DNA of 5,507 nt from Paraspadella gotoi. Lineage: Eukaryota; Animalia; Chaetognatha. Positions 1 to 5,507 of this stretch are shown one piece after another. Both the position numbers and the translations under genes were made by a program. Location: contig JBJCIZ010001071.1 of the NCBI GenBank assembly GCA_051294375.1, forward strand, positions 1-5,507, read 5' to 3'. A model generated the notes under the pieces. That model did no database searches and was not told the origin of the DNA. It saw nothing but the letters and a program-made list of their open reading frames with translations. Position 1 is the first letter of the stretch, and every line of letters starts with the position of its first letter.

Positions 1-425
1 CACCTTTATCATATCCAAAACTCAAATGCTCATCTTTTTTCTCTACATAGTAATCAATTATTTCCTTAACTTAGTNNNNNNNNNNTTCCTTTAAAAAATT
101 TACAAAAACAATTTTTTCACTATAGGTCACTCGTTTACCCAGGTTTATCACATCTGACNNNNNNNNNNNNNNNNNNNNNNNNNNNNNNNNNNNNNNNNNN
201 NNNNNNNNNNNNNNNNNNNNNNNNNNNNNNNNNATTAAGAGAGAAATAGATTTTTCCAATGAGGTACTAAATTGTGAAATAGATTCAAATTATATAAGAA
301 ATTAACTACGTTTCTTGAAATNNNNNNNNNNNNNNNNNNNACTCGTTTACTCAGGTTTATCATATTTAAAACTTAAAAACTCTTTTATTAGTTAGTAATA
401 GGTTTAGGCTATTACGGTCTGTAGC
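1..425 (+). repeat. Copy 1 of a ~420-bp AT-rich direct duplication (starts at window edge, contains three N-runs)
   Basis: Colinear with 2288-2813. For example TTCACTATAGGTCACTCGTTTACCCAGGTT is identical in both copies, as are CAAATGCTCATCTTTTTT and ATAGATTCAAATT. Confidence 0.9.
159..233. other. Assembly gap / masked bases (largest of eight N-runs)
   Basis: N-runs at 76-85, 159-233, 322-340, 3363-3387, 3471-3480, 3579-3588, 5301-5310 and 5411-5420; five are exactly 10 nt. Confidence 0.98.
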
Positions 426-451
426 GGATTTTAGCGGTTTTGAGTTGAGAT

Positions 452-504
452 AGAGAGAGAGGAGAGAGAGAGAGGGAGAGAGAAGAGAGAGAGAGAGAGA
501 GAGA
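452..504. repeat. Imperfect (GA)n microsatellite in the intron upstream of SANBR exon A
   Basis: 53 nt of uninterrupted purines, mostly alternating GA. Confidence 0.97.
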
Positions 505-548
505 TCGGCTCCTATTTTTGGAACCTTCCCTTTATTTTCGATCTTAAG

Positions 549-689
549 AATGCATCCGGTATTGCCACGACCACATGAGCGCCATTGTCGGCGACCTCCC
601 TGCAACATGAACTGCATCAGCGACAAACTGGTCACCAGAACTCGCGGGACTTTTCCACGCACAACGAGTGTGGGCGGCGATGATGAAGG
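549..689 (+). CDS. SANBR: SANBR/KIAA1841 homolog, internal exon A (frameshifted by apparent sequencing insertions)
   Basis: Removing single extra bases near 590, 597, 640, 656 and 669 gives [39 protein letters not shown] from 551. This matches human KIAA1841 as I recall it ([39 protein letters not shown]). [13 protein letters not shown] is unbroken at 601-639. A pyrimidine tract and AG (547-548) precede it. The 3' boundary is approximate because there is no clean GT after ATGAAGG. Confidence 0.9.
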
Positions 690-807
690 GGATGCACCAC
701 GCAATTGACCATCGATGAAAGCAATAATGAATGAATAACAATAACAAGCTATTTTAATAAATGGGATAAAAATTAAATTAATAGCCGAGTATTGCCCAAA
801 CTACGTT

Positions 808-884
808 GCATTGTCTTAGCGTTTGTTCGCTATTGTAAATAAAATTAAAATTAAAAACACGATAACAGACAAACGCTAAAATGC
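808..884. repeat. Imperfect inverted repeat / hairpin in the SANBR intron between exons A and B
   Basis: 816-836 TTAGCGTTTGTTCGCTATTGT vs the reverse complement of 859-879 (TTAGCGTTTGTCTGTTATCGT): 17/21 match, first 11 perfect. Outer GCATT (808-812) pairs with AATGC (880-884). The loop is 22 nt and A-rich. Confidence 0.8.
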
Positions 885-1105
885 TCTTATTTTTAATCCC
901 CGCAGGAGAAAAAGCATATTCTCCCGCTTATTTCTCCTTCCTCAATTTCTACGTTTTTATTCTGCTAAATTTGAAACTCCCGCCTCCTTGTCTTCGTCAC
1001 CTCGCCCCTCCCTTCACCCGCCATATATTTCCCTCTTTCCCCCCTCTCTTCCTTCCTCCCCCTACCCTTCAAAACCACTAATGCCGCGACGAAAGAATCC
1101 AAAAG

Positions 1106-1357
1106 CACCGTGCAAGGGACATAAGTTCAAATCCAAATCTCGCTGTTCAAGTGATCTTGGAGCACAACTCTCTTCGTATCCCACGTCGAGACCCCGAACC
1201 CCTCCTCGGCTCCGGCAGAACGCCTCCACGCTGCAACGCGATTGCTCCACACTGTCGCCGTCTGGATTGACCAGCGAGTTTTGTCGGAGAGCATAGCGCT
1301 CACTTGCGTGCCGGCCAGGATGACCATGGACAAAGCCACGGATACTCTCGTGTACAG
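1106..1357 (+). CDS. SANBR: SANBR/KIAA1841 homolog, internal exon B (frameshifted)
   Basis: Ordered peptide blocks in shifting frames: KFKSK (1123-1137), QNASTLQR (1216-1239), CVPARMTMDK (1305-1334) and LVY (1347-1355). They match recalled human KDKFKSKLFCK...SNAATLYRC...CIPGKINVDRRGNIVY. AG at 1104-1105; donor AG|GTTAGG at 1357/1358. Confidence 0.88.
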
Positions 1358-1454
1358 GTTAGGGGCGGAAGCCAGGCGCGATGGCCCCGGCCAAAGGAGG
1401 GCGGGGCGTGGAAAAGTAAAGCTTTTGCAAATGTCTACTTTGGTTCCGTTCATG

Positions 1455-1603
1455 TCATGTCGCGACGCATCTCTGGCGACGGTCAATGGATTTGTGGCCT
1501 GCTCGACTTGAAAGGCGCAGTTTGAAGGGCACCGTGGGCGGGACGTTGTGTACTGCGAGGTGTGTGGGGTCTTCATCAACTCATGCTCAACGTTGCCTTC
1601 CAG
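1455..1603 (+). CDS. SANBR: SANBR/KIAA1841 homolog, internal exon C (frameshifted)
   Basis: With indels corrected it reads approximately HVRDASWTVN.FVA.LKAQ.K.WRDVYWR.WGLIN.LTCSR, versus recalled human [41 protein letters not shown]. The phase fits the exon B donor (AG|T). GT at 1605-1606. The acceptor reads CATG (1451-1454) instead of CAG. Confidence 0.85.
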
Positions 1604-1798
1604 GGTTACACGAACTGATTGATTGAAAGGATTTGCGGTTCATCTGTCGTATTGTACAACGATTTTGACACTAATGATTTAATCGATTATAGGCGAGTTG
1701 AGTTTGATCTGATCTATCGATTTAAGTGTCTTTGCTGATGACGTTCGATTGTGTTCGTTTATAGTTAATCCCATTGCCACCCCCTTTCATATCTCATG

Positions 1799-1949
1799 AT
1801 GTCAAGGAGAACTTTTCCCCTTGTGATTCGAACTGCCCACCTGCCGCTTTCACCCGGAGGCCGGCGGGCATATACGGTCGGATTCCAAGAGACAGATAGA
1901 GATAGATAGTGCGGCGCGGTCGGGGCTTCATCCGCTTGTGTGCGGACAG
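1799..1949 (+). CDS. SANBR: SANBR/KIAA1841 homolog, internal exon D (frameshifted; may extend to ~2013)
   Basis: Reads approximately CKETFPCIELPTCRFHPEA...VGLHPCCGQ, with ELPTCRFHPEA unbroken at 1830-1862. Recalled human sequence is CYQAFLCIEFSHCQYHSE...GIYPCCNQ. The phase fits exon C (AG|A TGT = R,C). Donor-like CAG|GTTAAG at 1949/1950. Confidence 0.8.
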
Positions 1950-2287
1950 GTTAAGCTGAATACCCATGCCTCGCGGCGGGGCGACGGTTGATACATGCCT
2001 CCAGGAACCCAAGAGCGCATACATAATAGAAATATTCTCCAGGAAAAATAGGTGGACGCGCAGAAAAGGTCATCGCCCTCACCCGAATCGAGTTTCGATA
2101 GCTTTTAATGACAGTTAATGTGTCTGCGGGATTTTGACCAAAAAGTTCCGAAAATTCGTAACCTTTCCTTTCTATTCTTCGACCTCTCTTTACTCTCTAA
2201 AATTAAAAACACTTTTTCTTTTTTCTACTGTCATTTTCTCATATCATTGTCAATTGCATTAGATTACGGCGTTAGAAAGCAATGTCT

Positions 2288-2813
2288 CACCTTTATTATA
2301 TCTCAAAATCCAAATGCTCATCTTTTTTTTCTACATAGTAAAATATTTTTTACTTAATTAGTCCCATATTTTTCCTTTTAAAAATTACAAAAACAATTTT
2401 TTCACTATAGGTCACTCGTTTACCCAGGTTATCTATCATCCTGACAATATCTAGGGTATCGCCGTCTCCTCTGGCATCATTAGAGTCAAGAGACATCGCG
2501 TTTCCTTGGCTATCCACCTATCTGATAGTAATCGCGAATAGCAATTAGCCGTCATGTTCTTAAACATTAAGGAGATGGACGAGGAGTATTATGATTTCCC
2601 AGATGAGTGTACTAACTACTTGTGAACATAGATTCAAATTTATATAATAGGAAATCTTAACTTACGTTTTTTCTTCGAATACGTTGATTCTTTCTGTGTT
2701 CGAGCTTCTTTACTCGCGATCGTTTTACTCAGCGGTCTATTCATTATTTAAAGCATCTATAAAAACTCCATTTATTAGTTCAGATAGTAAGGTGTTTAGC
2801 CATCTCTGTAGGC
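2288..2813 (+). repeat. Copy 2 of the direct duplication, increasingly expanded by insertions toward its 3' end
   Basis: Near-identical to 1-158 over 2288-2445. It then matches 234-425 over ~2566-2813 with many scattered extra bases, e.g. AAAAACTCTTTTATTAGTTAGTAATAGGTTTAG vs AAAAACTCCATTTATTAGTTCAGATAGTAAGGTGTTTAG. Confidence 0.88.
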
Positions 2814-3652
2814 TGCTACCCGCCTCTGGATGTCGATTCTTTCGGTAACGACCTGACTAATCCACTTGTCAGTGTGGCCAGTCATTTCTCAGACATACTA
2901 CTCATCCTAACCACAGGACACATGTGGTCAATCAGATAACTAGTACACCAAGAAACTGCAACTACGGTATAATCATGTATAAATCCCCTCTGAAACTTGC
3001 TAATCGGGTGCATTCTGCCCCGCTAAGGCTATCTGGTCCATACTGCTATGCTCTGGTTCCTGTGTTGTGTGTTGTGTTTGTGTCGGCATAGATCTCTGAC
3101 GTTTGTTTACGCTCGTGGGGGCCTGAATGCTCCCTACGGAATGACACCTATCAGAGAGGCGCGGTGTCGCGCCATGTACCACGCGTGCTTGCGCGCCGCA
3201 TAAGCTCCTATGTAATAACATGTATTAATTGCCTTTAGCTGGTCATAGTTATCGCGCATCGTTTGGTTTTAAGGGAGGGAAACAAGCTATCTGCCATATT
3301 GGTACACTTCTCAATCAGCTCGAAGAAATCCCACGAAAGGAACTACGGATTTTCATTTTCCTNNNNNNNNNNNNNNNNNNNNNNNNNACTTTGACTTTGA
3401 TGAATTCGTTTACACAGGTTTCTTTTTTAAAGGAAAGGTATTTAAGTTTAACAGCTTGCCCGAGATTACANNNNNNNNNNGTTGAAGCGAATTTTTGCGT
3501 TTTACAGTTTTAATGGAGTAACAAGCCCAACCAGCAAACTCATCAGACATCCGAAATTACAAAATATAAACAGGCGGANNNNNNNNNNCCTGCACCGACT
3601 CAATTAGTATCGTTTCTGTCATTTATGGCAACAGCCGGGTTGCCTGTGATAC

Positions 3653-3745
3653 CCATTGGGATGGGGCAATCTCACTGTTGGGCTTTGGGGGCTTCCGACC
3701 CTCAGTGACGTACCAAGTAACTGGCACGGTTACCCTAGGACGGTC
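3653..3745 (+). pseudogene. Possible degenerate TTC39/IML2-family exon
   Basis: The frame starting at 3653 reads PLGWGNLTVGLWGLPTLSDVPSNWHGYPRTV. It aligns without gaps to recalled TTC39A [28 protein letters not shown] (shared LGxG, L, LPT and aromatic-x-G-aromatic at the same spacing). The match is short and divergent, and boundaries are not defined. Confidence 0.3.
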
Positions 3746-3889
3746 TCGCTTTGCCAACGCAGAGGGAAAGTCGTTAGGACTGTTGATGGAACACTACGCC
3801 TGGGATGGGTGTGTTCCCCCTTCTGAGGACAATGGTATTGCTGAACAATGGTGGATGTGAGGCGGGGTGAATATATACCGCCACATATT

Positions 3890-4060
3890 GTCCTTTTCTT
3901 TTCCTCTTTTTTTATCGTCTTCGTCGTCATGATCTTTTTCTTCGTCTTCTTCAATGTCTTCTGCTTTTATCATTTCTTTTTTGTTGTTCTTTTCTTCCAC
4001 ATTGTCCTCAAATGTCAATCGTTTTCATAGTCTTTCGTTGTCATTGTCGTCTTTCTTATC
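3890..4060. repeat. Degenerate (TTC/TCG/TTG)n low-complexity tract
   Basis: T-rich degenerate trinucleotide runs such as TCTTCGTCGTCATGATC and TTCTTCGTCTTCTTC. These give F-rich and E/D/K-rich spurious ORFs. Confidence 0.75.
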
Positions 4061-4088
4061 GTACACTATGAACACTTTGTGTCTGATT

Positions 4089-4099
4089 GTTTCTTTCTC

Positions 4100-4130
<31 letters not shown>

Positions 4131-4472
4131 TTCTTCTCTTTTCTTTTATTTCTCTTCTTTTCTCTCTCTCTGTCGTCTCTCTCTCTCTTTCTTTCTCTCT
4201 CGTCTCTCGTCTGCTCTCTTTCTTCTCTTCTTTTCTTCTTTTCTTTCTCTCTTTCTCTTCTACTCTCTCTCTTCTCTTTCTCTCTTTTCTTCTTCTTTCT
4301 CTCTTTCTTTCTTCTCTCTCTCTCTCCCCCATCTCTCTCTCTTTCTTCTCTTCTCTCTCTTCTCTTTCTTCTCTTCTCTCTCTCTCATCTCTCTCTCTTT
4401 CTTATCCTCTCTTCTCTTTCTCTTTATCTCTCTACTCTCTCTCTTTTTCTTTCTCTTCTCTCTCTCTCTCTC
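4089..4472. repeat. Long degenerate (CT)n / polypyrimidine tract
   Basis: About 380 nt almost entirely C/T, with only isolated purines. Confidence 0.97.
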
Positions 4473-4677
4473 GGTCAGCGCCGCCGACGCCGGCCGCTCT
4501 GTCTTTTTTTTATTTGTCTGTCTGTCTCTTACCTTTTAAAATATAAGTTAATAGTTATGTAATTTACCTTTCTTTTTTCGTTACGTTTTGGAATTTATTT
4601 TCAAAGCAGAGTTTATTATTTTCAACAAAACACAATATAATGGACATTGGATTAACGAGACATGTTTCGAATCGTGA

Positions 4678-4712
4678 TTCGAGTCTTCATTTCATGCTAA
4701 TGAAGACTCGAA
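4678..4712. repeat. Perfect 14-bp inverted repeat with 7-nt loop
   Basis: TTCGAGTCTTCATT (4678-4691) - TCATGCT - AATGAAGACTCGAA (4699-4712); the arms are exact reverse complements. Confidence 0.92.
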
Positions 4713-5166
4713 AGTGTCTGTTAAAGATATCTTGCCTCGCTTAAGCTCATTTTGACCACTTAAGGCCAATTCTATTTATGGTCGTATCTTTGCCGGCTGA
4801 GAGAGATTTCGATCGAAATTAGTTTTGCATGAAATCTCACAAATTATTATTTCACCCGGGAAGAACTCCGTATTTACGAGATTCTGAAGGAATTTTTGTT
4901 GTGTTTTCAATAAAAGTCTCATTCTTCTATTCACGACGTTTTCTTTTGGAAGCTCACGTTAAGCAGTTTGACGCCGCGTTGAAATTCACGAACGCGCTGG
5001 TCTCCGCGGTGCAGGCGTGAGACAAAGTAAGATCTTTGCAATGTCTGTAAAAAAATCTTGTTGTATTCTTCTATGCCTACGCGGTCGCGGCGTTCGAGGC
5101 GGCTCGGCCGTCGGATGAACAGCGTTTTGACAAGGAGCAAGGATTTCGTAGTATCTTACTCTTGTG
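4700..5166 (+). pseudogene. Degenerate TTC39/IML2-like (TPR-like) gene fragment with in-frame TGA stops and a putative ~40-nt intron
   Basis: Three blocks in family order. (1) NSIYGRIFAG*ERF (4768-4809) vs recalled KGAIFLFFAGRIE / NSSLFMFFKGRI. (2) YSRRFLLEAHVKQFDAALKFTNALVSAVQA*DK (to 5026) vs [32 protein letters not shown]. (3) After donor GTAAGA (5027-5032), FFYAYAVAAFEAARPSDEQRFDKEQGFRSI (from 5066) vs [33 protein letters not shown]. Identity is low and there is no clean AG acceptor at ~5065. Confidence 0.42.
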
Positions 5167-5507
5167 ACCAAGCAAAAAGGGATTGAGTCTTATTTGCATA
5201 TTGTAGCTTTAATAACTTATTTCTTAAAATAGATTTGAATAAAAGATTTAATAGTGAAACAAGAATTATGCCTTAATTAAAAGTACAATACAAAAGTGTA
5301 NNNNNNNNNNATATAAATTTTAATAATTTTATAAATGATTGATATAATTATTATTCAAACTAAAAAGTAAAAGTTTTAGAATACTTTCTCAAGTATAGTG
5401 TAATTAGTAANNNNNNNNNNCCAAATCGGAGGTGGGTGGGGTGTTGGCGCGATCCATAACTATTGCGAGAAAATTAAGGGATGAAACAGGACGAGAGAGA
5501 TAGGCGG

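Noticed and set aside
129-362. 22-bp repeat as a CRISPR repeat or nematode SL1-like spliced leader (shares TTACCCA.GTTT)
   Set aside because: Spacing of 212 bp and more is not array-like and there are no cas genes. It lacks the SL 5' GGTTTAA, the terminal GAG|GT donor and an Sm site.
495-512. Sequencing adapter remnants (GAGAGAGAT of SMRTbell, AGATCGG of Illumina); also ATCTCTCTC at 4331
   Set aside because: Matches are limited to the microsatellite-like few bases. The diagnostic adapter cores are absent and there is no mirrored read around them.
988-1296. ORF with internal MPRRKNPK start at 1081 as a standalone basic protein
   Set aside because: Its KFKSK and QNASTLQR segments belong to SANBR exon B; the upstream part is intron.
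1127-1579. 150-aa minus-strand ORF, the longest non-repetitive ORF
   Set aside because: It is an S/T/R/A-rich antisense shadow of GC-rich SANBR exons B-C and has no recognisable domain.
1242-1622. TnpB/Fanzor-like C-terminus: CST*K-x13-CEVCG followed by a frameshifted N..LNVA resembling the zinc ribbon plus RuvC-III motif
   Set aside because: The same bases are explained much better as SANBR exon C ([10 protein letters not shown].IN.LTC) with insertions. The catalytic acidic residues are missing, and the apparent frame runs through an intron.
1500-1827. Selenoprotein-like CxxU (TGA at 1509-1511) with a SECIS-like ATGA...AA...GA at 1796-1827
   Set aside because: The TGA is out of frame in the SANBR reading (TTG AAA/AAG = L,K). 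The putative SECIS is too short, has no unpaired AA loop and overlaps exon D.
3158-3198. GC hairpin GGCGCG-GTGT-CGCGCC as a Helitron 3' end
   Set aside because: The stem is only 6 bp and there is no CTRR terminus at the expected distance downstream.
3859-3882. Minus-strand GGIYSPRL resembling the recalled SANBR C-terminal GGIYSRL
   Set aside because: It is on the opposite strand to the SANBR exons, only 8 codons long and flanked by low-complexity sequence with no further similarity. Likely chance unless the scaffold is locally inverted.
3794-4562. Long S/L/F-rich and R/E/K/D-rich ORFs (up to 202 aa)
   Set aside because: They are translations of the CT and TTC low-complexity tracts, which lack stop codons by composition.
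5430-5507. Weak reverse-complement similarity to 505-575 (CGAAAATAAAGGGA vs CGAGAAAATTAAGGGA)
   Set aside because: The match is short, gapped, purine-biased and truncated by the window edge, so it cannot be distinguished from chance.

Overview
Eukaryotic, probably animal, genomic DNA from a rough draft assembly: eight short N-runs, long (GA)n/(CT)n tracts and stretches that look like an unpolished, insertion-rich long read. None of the listed ORFs is a complete gene. The main feature is invisible to the ORF track: four colinear + strand exons (~549-689, ~1106-1357, ~1455-1603, ~1799-1949) of a SANBR/KIAA1841 homolog, readable only after removing many 1-2 nt insertions. A second, weaker candidate is a degenerate TTC39/IML2-like gene on the + strand (~3653-3745 and ~4700-5166) with in-frame TGA stops. 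The window also has a ~420-bp segment present twice (1-425 and 2288-2813), a recurring 16-22 bp motif, an intronic hairpin (808-884) and a palindrome cluster (4658-4838). Homology calls rest on my recollection of the human protein sequences and need confirming by search. I found no supportable novel biological system; tempting TnpB/Fanzor and selenoprotein readings were considered and rejected.
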